Part shown: positions 1 to 8,318 of the stretch, piece after piece | How the letters are laid out: the number at the start of each line of letters is the position of its first letter | Numbering within the stretch: position 1 is the first letter of the stretch | Source: Raphidiopsis brookii D9 | GTDB taxonomy: Bacteria > Cyanobacteriota > Cyanobacteriia > Cyanobacteriales > Nostocaceae | Assembly: GCA_000175855.1 (NCBI GenBank) | Contig: ACYB01000042.1 | Span: 90,001 to 122,000, forward strand | DNA length: 32,000 nucleotides | Direction: 5' to 3' | Translations under genes and position numbers: made by a program | Notes under the pieces: model-generated | Database searches by the model: none | What the model was told of the DNA's origin: nothing | Seen by the model: the letters and a program-made list of their open reading frames with translations, nothing else

Positions 1-240
1 TACCTCTTCCCAATTTCGCTCTAGCATAACAGATACCTGAAACTGCACGGCTTCTAAATTAGGAGCAATTTGTTCAGGATCCGCAGATAGACTAGTTCCT
101 AATAAAATTGGTAAGGTGGGATCCGCTAATCCTGCTAGAAGTACCCGTTTTCCCTGGTTTGCCAAAAACTGGGCCGCAGCGATCGCAATTTTGCTGCGAC
201 CAGTACCATTTTTACCTAAAAATGTTAGTATCAATGCCAT
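1..240 (-). CDS. ArsA/Get3-like P-loop ATPase, N-terminal part (runs off window)
   Basis: Reverse translation from ATG at 240 gives MALILTFLGKNGTGRSKIAIAAAQFLANQGKRVLLAGLADPTLPILLGTSL..., with a deviant Walker A (GKNGTGRS) typical of ArsA-family ATPases; open to window edge. Confidence 0.7.
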   Translation of the reverse strand, partial: MALILTFLGKNGTGRSKIAIAAAQFLANQGKRVLLAGLADPTLPILLGTSLSADPEQIAPNLEAVQFQVSVMLERNWEEV

Positions 241-314
241 CGCGTAAGTTCCAAATACTGTCAACTCCAATTTAACACTAATTAAGAGATTTTAGCTTAT
301 GCTTTGAAGTATAT

Positions 315-518
315 TTAGGAGACTGGTTTGAGTTCGTCCTCAAAAAACCAAGTGCTGCTCTTATCCTCAAATTTAACTACAAAACCCACACCATTACCAT
401 CGGTTATTTTATAGTCCTCGATGACACCAACCTTGCCTAATTTTTCAGCTATAGCAGAGGATACGCGATCGCGCAAACGAAACACTTTCACTTCCTGTCC
501 AACTTTCATAGGTGACAC
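315..518 (-). CDS. petP: Cytochrome b6f complex subunit PetP (DUF2862-type small protein)
   Basis: 67 aa ORF MSPMKVGQEVKVFRLRDRVSSAIAEKLGKVGVIEDYKITDGNGVGFVVKFEDKSSTWFFEDELKPVS; recalled family resemblance and linkage to an ArsA-like gene. Confidence 0.7.
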   Translation of the reverse strand: MSPMKVGQEVKVFRLRDRVSSAIAEKLGKVGVIEDYKITDGNGVGFVVKFEDKSSTWFFEDELKPVS

Positions 519-574
519 TCCAATAATCCAAATCTCATTTTACCTGAATCTGGCACCTTATTTATTCAATTTAT

Positions 575-811
575 TCACCATTCCCAAGTCCCTTGTATTG
601 TTGCACTCATGGTTTTTTCACTCATTTCAAAGACAATTTTAGTATTCTTGTGTTGATACATTGCCTCCATGGATGCTTTCCACTGATCATGGTCTAAGTC
701 AGTGTAGAGTTCTCCACTCTCAGCTTTAGCGCTGATGGTGAACTGGTGGTTTTTTTTGTGGCGGGGGTCAGTAATGTCCTCATGATTGTTGAACAAGTCT
801 TTAGCTGTCAT
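575..811 (-). CDS. Conserved hypothetical protein (probable start at the internal Met of the 575..856 ORF)
   Basis: ORF MTAKDLFNNHEDITDPRHKKNHQFTISAKAESGELYTDLDHDQWKASMEAMYQHKNTKIVFEMSEKTMSATIQGTWEW; no antisense competitor of similar quality. Confidence 0.5.
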   Translation of the reverse strand: MTAKDLFNNHEDITDPRHKKNHQFTISAKAESGELYTDLDHDQWKASMEAMYQHKNTKIVFEMSEKTMSATIQGTWEW

Positions 812-943
812 AGATTCAACCTTTTTTCTGGTATTATCTGGTATTAATAGTACCATAATATATCAAATACTTAATTCTTGAAGTCTAAAATTATGAACTA
901 CAAAAATCAACCGCTTACCGATGACCCAGAAAATGCCAGTTGG

Positions 944-2092
944 TTAATATGTCAACAATCTATGTAAGATTTGCTCCAAGACTACAGCAGTCCAATCAAT
1001 ATCCGCTACTGTCGTTTGTTTCCCTATGGTTAATCTAATTCCCCCTAAAGCCAATCTTCTATCGTAACCCATGGACACTAACACTGGACTGGGAATTAAT
1101 TTACCGCTGTTACAAGCTGCACCTGCACTAATACCAATACCAGCTAAATTTAACTGACGTACTAGAGTCTTGCCACTTATTTTTTCTCCATCCGCATACT
1201 CGATACAAAAACTAACATGGTGTGGCAATCTTTCCACCATGTCCCCCGTGGGAATTAAACCCGGAATATTTGCTAACTTACTAAATAGGCGATCGCGCAA
1301 CTGAATTAATCGTGTTCTTTCTATTTCCAGTTCTTGACCTGCCAATTTTGCAGCGACTCCAAAACCTGCTATAGCTGGTAGTGCTTGTGTGCCAGAGCGG
1401 AGATTATTCTCTTGGCCTCCTCCACCTATGAGGGGTATTAACTCCACCCCTGGACGAACATATAAAGCACCCGCACCCAAAGGTCCATAAATTTTGTGAC
1501 TAGATAAGCTTAATAGATCTACTGGTAGACTATTGACATTTAATGGTAGTCTTCCGCCAACTTGTACGGCATCAGTGTGAAATAAAACATTGTTTGACTT
1601 AGTTATTTTAGCCAGGTCTAGTATGGGTTGGACTGTACCCACTTCACTTTGTCCATAAATGATAGATACTAGAACAGTGTTATCCCTAAAAGCCAGTTTT
1701 AGATCTTCCGGATTGACCCTAGCTTTTCTATCCACTTGTAAACGGGTAATTTGCCAACCCCAATTTTCCAGCATGCTTATGGGTGCAGAAATTGCCGAGT
1801 GTTCCACACTGGAAATAATGATATGTTGAGGTTGGTGATAATATTGTGCCACGCCCATAATTGCTAAATTGTCTGATTCAGTTCCCCCCGAAGTAAAAAT
1901 GATAGATTCTGGAACAGCATTGATTAACCCTGCTACTTGTATTCTGGCAGTTTCCAAAATTAATGCTGCACGATTACCCCATTGGTGCAAGCTGGAGGGG
2001 TTACCCCATTGTTCTTTTAACACTGATTCCATTATGGCAATGGCTTCTGGACGGGTTGGAGTAGTTGCACTGTAATCTAAATAAATTTGCAT
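944..2092 (-). CDS. Cysteine desulfurase (NifS/IscS-type PLP enzyme)
   Basis: MQIYLDYSATTPTRPEAI...; PLP-lysine region SLSSHKIYGPLGAGALYVR; active-site Cys region GISAGAACNSGKLIPSPVL. Confidence 0.92.
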   Translation of the reverse strand: MQIYLDYSATTPTRPEAIAIMESVLKEQWGNPSSLHQWGNRAALILETARIQVAGLINAVPESIIFTSGGTESDNLAIMGVAQYYHQPQHIIISSVEHSAISAPISMLENWGWQITRLQVDRKARVNPEDLKLAFRDNTVLVSIIYGQSEVGTVQPILDLAKITKSNNVLFHTDAVQVGGRLPLNVNSLPVDLLSLSSHKIYGPLGAGALYVRPGVELIPLIGGGGQENNLRSGTQALPAIAGFGVAAKLAGQELEIERTRLIQLRDRLFSKLANIPGLIPTGDMVERLPHHVSFCIEYADGEKISGKTLVRQLNLAGIGISAGAACNSGKLIPSPVLVSMGYDRRLALGGIRLTIGKQTTVADIDWTAVVLEQILHRLLTY

Positions 2093-2220
2093 AGCATTAG
2101 CATTATTAGTGGGGGGGAAGTGCTGCGTTGTCTTATAATAACACATTGTATAACAGTGTGGTGTTACTCGTTTTTAAAAATGGCTTTAGGAATGTTTTTT
2201 AAAAATTTTATCAGCTGACT

Positions 2221-3654
2221 ATGTCCATACCATCTAAGTTGAAAAATTGGTTTTATATCCTCTTATTTTTTTCCACCATCAGTGGTTGTCAAAAAATCCC
2301 ATCCTCCCGTCAGCTCTTACCACCCTTACCCCAGGATCCATTGATTCAAGTATACTTCAATCATGCCCAATCTTCAGAATATCAAGAAAGCTACCGTTTG
2401 CAAACCCGTTTAGGGGATGATTTAGAAAAACAAATCATCCATAGCATTTTACAAGCACAATCCACCATAGATGTAGCTGTGCAGGAATTAAGATTACCAA
2501 AAATTGCCCAAGCATTAATAGAAAAACAACGAGCTGGTGTGCAAATTCGGTTAATCTTAGAAAACCAGTATTCTCTTCCTTGGCAAGATCTAAACTCTAG
2601 GGTAGTGGAAAACCTACCTTTGAGAGACAAGAATAAACTCCAAACATTGAGATCACTTATAGATATTAATAAAGACGGGGAAATTACCTCTGAGGAAATT
2701 AAACAACGAGATGCCATAGCCATAATTCAAAATAGCCAAATTCCTTGGATAGATGACACTGCTGATGGTTCTAAGGGTAGTGGTTTAATGCACCATAAGT
2801 TTATGGTTATAGATAGTAAATTGGTGATTATTAGTTCTGCTAATTTCACCCCCAGTGATACTTTTGGAGATGTGAATAATCTCCATAGTTTAGGGAATGC
2901 TAATAACTTAGTGAAAATTGAAAGTCCGGAATTGGCCAATTTATTCACCCAAGAATTTAACATTATGTGGGGCGATGGACCGGGAGGTAAATTAGATAGT
3001 AAATTCGGACTGCAAAAACCTCAACGTCCGTGGCAAAAGATTACCGCAGGTAATACCCAAATAACCGTAAAGTTTTCCCCTCTTTCCCGTACCCAAATCT
3101 GGAGCAAGTCTACTAATGGATTAATTGGTAGAACTCTTAATATGGCAGTTCAAAATATAGATATGGCACTATTTGTGTTTTCTGATCAAAAAATTGCCAA
3201 CATCTTGGAAAATCGCCATAATCAAAATGTTAAGATCCGAGCTTTAATAGATGCTCAATTTGCCCACCGCTACTACAGTGAAGGTTTAGATATGATGGGT
3301 ATCTCTATTAGTGATAACTGTAAATATGAAAAGGATAATCGCCCCTGGCAAAATCCTATTACCACCGTAGGAGTACCCAGTTTATTACCAGGAGATGTAC
3401 TACACCACAAGTTTGCGGTTATTGACCAGCAAATAGTAATTACTGGTTCTCATAACTGGTCAGAAGCTGCAAATCATAATAATGATGAAAGTTTAATTAT
3501 TGTGGAAAATCCCACGGTAGCAGCACATTTTCAAAGGGAATTCCATCGTCTTTACCAAACTATTAAGCTAGAATTACCTTCCACAATCAAAGCTAAAATA
3601 GACCGGGAAATACAAGAATGTTTGCCAGTAGAAACACAAAGTGAAAATCTTTAA
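2221..3654 (+). CDS. Phospholipase D-like lipoprotein with internal EF-hand loop
   Basis: N-terminal signal with lipobox-like STISGC; two HKD-type motifs (HHKFMVIDSKLVIISSANF and HHKFAVIDQQIVITGSHNW); EF-hand consensus loop DINKDGEITSEE between N-terminus and first HKD. Confidence 0.88.
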   Translation: MSIPSKLKNWFYILLFFSTISGCQKIPSSRQLLPPLPQDPLIQVYFNHAQSSEYQESYRLQTRLGDDLEKQIIHSILQAQSTIDVAVQELRLPKIAQALIEKQRAGVQIRLILENQYSLPWQDLNSRVVENLPLRDKNKLQTLRSLIDINKDGEITSEEIKQRDAIAIIQNSQIPWIDDTADGSKGSGLMHHKFMVIDSKLVIISSANFTPSDTFGDVNNLHSLGNANNLVKIESPELANLFTQEFNIMWGDGPGGKLDSKFGLQKPQRPWQKITAGNTQITVKFSPLSRTQIWSKSTNGLIGRTLNMAVQNIDMALFVFSDQKIANILENRHNQNVKIRALIDAQFAHRYYSEGLDMMGISISDNCKYEKDNRPWQNPITTVGVPSLLPGDVLHHKFAVIDQQIVITGSHNWSEAANHNNDESLIIVENPTVAAHFQREFHRLYQTIKLELPSTIKAKIDREIQECLPVETQSENL

Positions 3655-3728
3655 ACAAAAAAAATCTCTATCTTGTTGATAAAGATAGAGATGGAGTTTA
3701 TTGAATAGCTTATTGAATTGTGAACATC

Positions 3729-4784
3729 TTACAGAGCATTACCACGTGGCAATACTTCCTCAGGGAAGACAAACTGTTCATGAGGTTGGTCTTGAGGCGC
3801 CATCCAAGCTCGGATACCCTCGTTTAATAAAATGTTCTTGGTATAGAATGTTTCAAATTCTGGGTCTTCTGCTGCCCGTAGTTCTTGGGAGACGAAGTCA
3901 TAAGCTCGCAGGTTTAATGCTAAACCTACAATCCCTACAGCACTCATCCACAGTCCGGTAACAGGTACAAACAACATGAAGAAGTGCAACCAGCGCTTGT
4001 TGGAAAAAGCAATCCCGAAAATCTGTGACCAGAAACGGTTTGCTGTTACCATGGAGTAGGTTTCTTCCGATTGGGTAGGATTGAATGCGGGGAAGGTGTT
4101 GGAACCTTCGCCATCTTCAAATAGGGTGTTTTCTACTGTTGCACCATGGATAGCACATAGTAAAGCTCCACCTAAGATTCCTGCTACACCCATCATGTGG
4201 AAGGGATTTAAGGTCCAGTTGTGGAAACCTTGAAGGAATAATAGGAAGCGGAATATGGCTGCTACACCAAAACTGGGTGCAAAGAACCAGCTGGATTGTC
4301 CCAAGGGGTACATCAAGAAAACGCTGACAAATACGGCAATTGGACCGGAAAATGCTAGGGCGTTATAAGGACGAATACCTACTAGTCTAGCAATTTCAAA
4401 TTGACGCAACATGAAGCCGATTAGTCCAAAGGCACCATGTAAAGCAACAAAGGGCCACAAACCACCTAGTTGACACCAGCGGGTAAAATCACCCTGAGCT
4501 TCTGGACCCCACAGGAATAATAGGGAGTGTCCCATGCTGTCTGCAGGGGTGGATACTGCTACTGTTAAGAAGTTAGCTCCTTCTAAATAGGAGGAGGCTA
4601 AACCATGGGTGTACCAAGATGTAACGAAAGTAGTACCGGTTAACCAACCGCCTAATGCTAGGAAGGCACAAGGAAATAGTAATACCCCTGACCAACCTAC
4701 AAATACAAAACGATCGCGCTTCAACCAGTCATCTAATACGTCAAACCACCCTCTGGAAGGGGCACGTCCAACTGCAATGGTCAT
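3729..4784 (-). CDS. psbD: Photosystem II D2 protein, 351 aa, stand-alone copy without psbC
   Basis: [33 protein letters not shown]...[23 protein letters not shown] is diagnostic D2 sequence; ORF extension to 4844 precedes the canonical start. Confidence 0.98.
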   Translation of the reverse strand: MTIAVGRAPSRGWFDVLDDWLKRDRFVFVGWSGVLLFPCAFLALGGWLTGTTFVTSWYTHGLASSYLEGANFLTVAVSTPADSMGHSLLFLWGPEAQGDFTRWCQLGGLWPFVALHGAFGLIGFMLRQFEIARLVGIRPYNALAFSGPIAVFVSVFLMYPLGQSSWFFAPSFGVAAIFRFLLFLQGFHNWTLNPFHMMGVAGILGGALLCAIHGATVENTLFEDGEGSNTFPAFNPTQSEETYSMVTANRFWSQIFGIAFSNKRWLHFFMLFVPVTGLWMSAVGIVGLALNLRAYDFVSQELRAAEDPEFETFYTKNILLNEGIRAWMAPQDQPHEQFVFPEEVLPRGNAL

Positions 4785-4872
4785 GGAAAATCTCCGTATT
4801 TTATAATTACGATTGTGAAAGGCCTGTATATGGTTATAATACAACCTTCCCCAGGCGGACTTCTAACTGCCC

Positions 4873-4901
4873 AGTTTACAATTTTTTACTGTCTGTAAAC
4901 T
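4873..4901 (-). promoter_or_regulatory. Inverted repeat AGTTTACA-N13-TGTAAACT upstream of psbD
   Basis: Perfect 8-bp arms at 4873-4880 and 4894-4901, about 90 bp upstream of the psbD start codon; arms spaced 21 bp centre to centre. Confidence 0.45.
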
Positions 4902-4940
4902 ATCATAAGTGCAAATCTCTAATTTTTCTAGGGGTAATTA

Positions 4941-5000
4941 AGTTTTTTTTGGTTTTTTTTAATTTTTTTTAATTTTCCTTAATTTTTTTTAATTTTTTCC
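4941..5000. repeat. Decamer-phased T-tracts (A-tracts on minus strand) between psbD and the divergent hypothetical gene
   Basis: Consecutive 10-mers agtttttttt/ggtttttttt/aatttttttt/aattttcctt/aatttttttt/aattttttcc. Confidence 0.85.
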
Positions 5001-5077
5001 CCTGACGGAAGAGCGGTAGGATGGCTCTGAACAGGTTAGAATAGTCCCTACGATCAGTCAAATTTAATTATTTGTAA

Positions 5078-5365
5078 ATGTTTACTATCGACATAAGCAT
5101 TAGAAACACCGCCTTCTCTATGTCAGTACAGCGTAAATCAGCAGAAGATGCTGAGGCTGTTTACCAACTGATTTTGGCGGCTATGGGATCTGGCAGTCCT
5201 GCTATTGTGGAACTTAAGTGTGAGGGCAAAACTGAAAAGAAAATTGCTGTCCTAGCTGGTGAAATTTCGGGAATACAAATCGTCCAAAAGGATGGTAGTG
5301 CCAGTAGTAGTGGTAAACTTCCCGGTTTTGCCGCCTTTACCGTTAAGGAGGAAACTCAGGTATAA
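5078..5365 (+). CDS. Conserved cyanobacterial hypothetical protein, about 95 aa (or from internal Met)
   Basis: MFTIDISIRNTAFSMSVQRKSAEDAEAVYQLILAAMGSGSPAIVELKCEGKTEKKIAVLAGEISGIQIVQKDG...; stop lies 1 nt before the ATPase start at 5367. Confidence 0.65.
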   Translation: MFTIDISIRNTAFSMSVQRKSAEDAEAVYQLILAAMGSGSPAIVELKCEGKTEKKIAVLAGEISGIQIVQKDGSASSSGKLPGFAAFTVKEETQV

Positions 5366-5366
5366 A

Positions 5367-6032
5367 ATGACATCATCAGGCATCGAAGTTGAACATTTAA
5401 ACTTCTTTTGGCCTAATGGAGAGCAGGCAATTAAATCTTGCTCTCTTACTGTCCCTAAAGGTGAATTTTGGATGCTTTTAGGGACTAATGGTAGTGGGAA
5501 GTCAACTCTTTTGAGGTTAATTGCTGGTTTATTAGTTCCACAATCCGGTAGGATTGACGTTCTATCTCCTCTGGGTTTTGTCTTCCAAAATCCCGATCAC
5601 CAGTTAGTTATGCCTACTGTGGGAGCTGATGTGGCTTTTGGACTGGTCCCGGAAAAACTTTCTACTCCTATGGTTAAGGCCAGAGTGGAGGAGGCTTTGC
5701 AAGCGGTTAATTTGCTCTCTGTGCAACGCCGACCTATTTATGCTCTTTCTGGTGGACAGAAACAGCGTGTAGCTATTGCTGGAGCGATCGCCCGTCACTG
5801 TAAAGTTTTATTATTGGATGAACCAACTGCTTTATTAGACCCCGATAGTCAATTAGAGTTGGTGACGACTGTGCGTCAATTAGTCAAAACTCGGTCTATT
5901 GCTGCTCTGTGGGTTACCCATAGATTAGAGGAGTTAAATTATTGTGATGGTGCTTTTTTGTTGGAACAGGGGGTTTTAGTAGCAGCTGGGGATCCGGAAC
6001 TCCTGAAACAGCGGTTAACCGGATCCCAATGA
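5367..6032 (+). CDS. ABC transporter ATP-binding protein, ECF/CbiO-like
   Basis: Walker A GTNGSGKST, signature LSGGQKQR, Walker B VLLLDEP, and a switch His in VTHRLEEL; canonical start at internal Met (MTSSGIEVEHLNFFWPNGE). Confidence 0.88.
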   Translation: MTSSGIEVEHLNFFWPNGEQAIKSCSLTVPKGEFWMLLGTNGSGKSTLLRLIAGLLVPQSGRIDVLSPLGFVFQNPDHQLVMPTVGADVAFGLVPEKLSTPMVKARVEEALQAVNLLSVQRRPIYALSGGQKQRVAIAGAIARHCKVLLLDEPTALLDPDSQLELVTTVRQLVKTRSIAALWVTHRLEELNYCDGAFLLEQGVLVAAGDPELLKQRLTGSQ

Positions 6033-6147
6033 AAGCAGATTTTTTTTGTTCTCTGTAGCATGGTGTGATCAGCATTGCTTCAATTCTTCAATTACTATGA
6101 ATCTTATGGATGATTTTTGTCTATTTTAGTAATTGTGATTAGAAACC

Positions 6148-6697
6148 ATGCCTCCTTCTACTATTCCATCCATTCTCCTGGTGGATGGCTACAACATTAT
6201 AGGCTCATGGCCTTGTCTCAAAAAAACCCGTGATGATTCCAGTCTGGAAGCAGCTCGCTACCATTTGGTGGAACTAATCACCAACTACAGCGCGTTTGAA
6301 GGATATGAGTCTCATATAGTTTTTGACGCCCATTATCAGAATACCCCTAGCAATAGGGAAATGATTACTGATTTCCTCACTGTCCACTATACAGAGTTTG
6401 GACAGACTGCTGATACCTATATTGAAAAGGTTTGTGCAGGTCTACGTCACCAAGTTGCACAATGTTTAGTTTCTCGCGTGATTGTGGCCACTTCAGACCG
6501 GGCTCAACAGTTAGTAGTTCAGGGCTATGGTGCGGAGTGGTTATCAGCTAGACAATTATGTAACCAGGTAGAAGCAAAGGTTTGTCAGATGCGTAATCAA
6601 CACCAATCAACGAAAAAAATCCAAGGGTAGATTTTTATCCCATTCTATCAATGATGAAGCTAGACAAAAGTTAATTCGTCTAAGAATGGGTCTCTAG
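6148..6697 (+). pseudogene. YacP-like NYN-domain protein with +1 A indel near the 3' end
   Basis: Frame 1 gives MPPSTIPSILLVDGYNIIGSWP...QSTKKIQG* ending at 6630; removing one A from the A7 run at 6613-6619 gives ...TKKSKGRFLSHSINDEARQKLIRLRMGL* ending at 6697. Confidence 0.75.
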
Positions 6698-6900
6698 TCA
6701 TGGTTGGTGGAATGGTTCTGTGTGAGCAATCATGTTATCGCGTCTGGCTAAGGCGTGCAAGTCTACTGAGGGATAACCGCTCGCTCCCGTTGAAGTAGAA
6801 AGTACTGAAAAACAAAATTGGCAAATCAATGAAAAAATTTTCGCCGAGGTACTTGACATTGTCTGAATGTTGGTTTAGTATTATTGAATATGATAAGTTT

Positions 6901-6972
<72 letters not shown>

Positions 6973-8031
6973 TTATTCGCGGTTTTCCGTGTACCAATGG
7001 TGGAGGTTCTGTACCTGGACCCTACGGGAAGTGCGTCGATATTTCTTGCTTTCTAGTTTTGGCTCGTAATGATTCTCACCCTGACCTTTAGTCTTTAATT
7101 TTAGGGTGGACTCAGGGTCAGACTTCTGTTGACAAAGGGTTTGGTAGGCGATCGCCTCTTGCAGAAATTCCAGGTAGTATTCATATCTTTCCCAATCATT
7201 GTTGACTATACAACCTGGTTCGTCTCGATGTAAACAATCACTAAATCTACAACTCCCCTGCTCTAGGAATTTTCTACCTTCGGGAAAATAGTAGATTAAC
7301 TCTTCTGGACTAAAACCCAAATCAGGTTGATTAAACCCTGGTGTGTCCGCTAGTAAACCACCATTGGGTAACTCAAACAATTCCACATGACGAGTGGTAT
7401 GACGACCACGGGCCAACTTACCAGAAACCTTTCCCACTCTCAAGTTTCCCTGGGGAATTAATTGGTTAATCAAACTGGACTTCCCCACACCGGAAGGACC
7501 AGCAATCACCGTGATTTTATTTTTTAAATATTCCCTAGCTTCCTCAATATTCATACCCTCTTGGACGCTCAAAAAAATTGGCTTGTATCCCCAACTTCCT
7601 AAGCGATCACTAATTGCTCTTCTTTCATTCTCTTGGATTAAGTCACATTTATTTAAACATAACCGAAGATCTATACCAGTAGACTCACCCTTAATTAAAA
7701 ATCTACTTAACTGTACAGGTTCCAAAGGAGGATCCGCAAGTGCAAAAACCAAGAGAATTTGATTTACATTGGCGATCGCTGGTCTATCCAATTCAGTTTT
7801 TCGCGGTAAAACATCAGCGATCGCACCTCTTCCCCCCATCCAGTCAGGTTCTTCCACCAGTACCTGATCCCCCACCATTACCTGCTGACCAATTTTCTTC
7901 AATCTGGTTCTGCGAGTGCACAGGAGAGTGGGAGTTAGTCCCTCCTGTAACTGCACACGATAAAAATTGGCCTGTACAGCCAACACCGTACCCACCAACT
8001 CTGGATTGGTAGCAATCCTATCTCCTGTCAT
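6973..8031 (-). CDS. rsgA: Ribosome small subunit-dependent GTPase A
   Basis: Circularly permuted GTPase motifs: NKCDL, GPSGVGKSSLIN, DTPGF; C-terminal CRFSDCLHRDEPGC zinc region. Confidence 0.95.
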   Translation of the reverse strand: MTGDRIATNPELVGTVLAVQANFYRVQLQEGLTPTLLCTRRTRLKKIGQQVMVGDQVLVEEPDWMGGRGAIADVLPRKTELDRPAIANVNQILLVFALADPPLEPVQLSRFLIKGESTGIDLRLCLNKCDLIQENERRAISDRLGSWGYKPIFLSVQEGMNIEEAREYLKNKITVIAGPSGVGKSSLINQLIPQGNLRVGKVSGKLARGRHTTRHVELFELPNGGLLADTPGFNQPDLGFSPEELIYYFPEGRKFLEQGSCRFSDCLHRDEPGCIVNNDWERYEYYLEFLQEAIAYQTLCQQKSDPESTLKLKTKGQGENHYEPKLESKKYRRTSRRVQVQNLHHWYTENRE

Positions 8032-8056
8032 AATCTCATAAGTTTTAATGATATCA

Positions 8057-8308
8057 TCAGGCTAAGGGACGACGTACTAATAAGGAAAAATACTCAGATT
8101 TGTCAGTAATATTTTCTACATGAAACCCAGCCATAGTCAGACTGTCGGGAACCTGCTCAATTGGTTCACCCGGATCGAGCCAAACCTCAAGCAAACTGCC
8201 ATCAGACATTTGTTCTAGGCGCAACTTCGTCCGTACAAAATTAATAGGACAAGGGGTCCCACGTAAATCCAATTGGTCATCAGGGGTCATCAGAAAAGAC
8301 AAGCTCAT
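8057..8308 (-). CDS. TusA/SirA-family sulfurtransferase-like protein
   Basis: LDLRGTPCPINFVRTKLRLEQMSDGSLLEVWLDPGEPIEQVPDSLTMAGF carries the conserved CPxP-like (CPIN) region of TusA-family proteins. Confidence 0.85.
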   Translation of the reverse strand: MSLSFLMTPDDQLDLRGTPCPINFVRTKLRLEQMSDGSLLEVWLDPGEPIEQVPDSLTMAGFHVENITDKSEYFSLLVRRPLA

Positions 8309-8318
8309 GTTCACACAC

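Noticed and set aside
421-642. Plus-strand ORF 421..642 antisense to petP
   Set aside because: Low-complexity antisense ORF over a conserved gene, with no recognisable domain.
4981-5020. Poly-T run read as rho-independent terminator
   Set aside because: The T-tracts form a phased ladder between divergent genes with no preceding GC-rich stem, so a curvature element is a better description.
6700-6800. Possible IS200/IS605 transposon remnant upstream of tRNA-Asn
   Set aside because: No recognisable transposase motif, terminal repeat or target duplication was seen.
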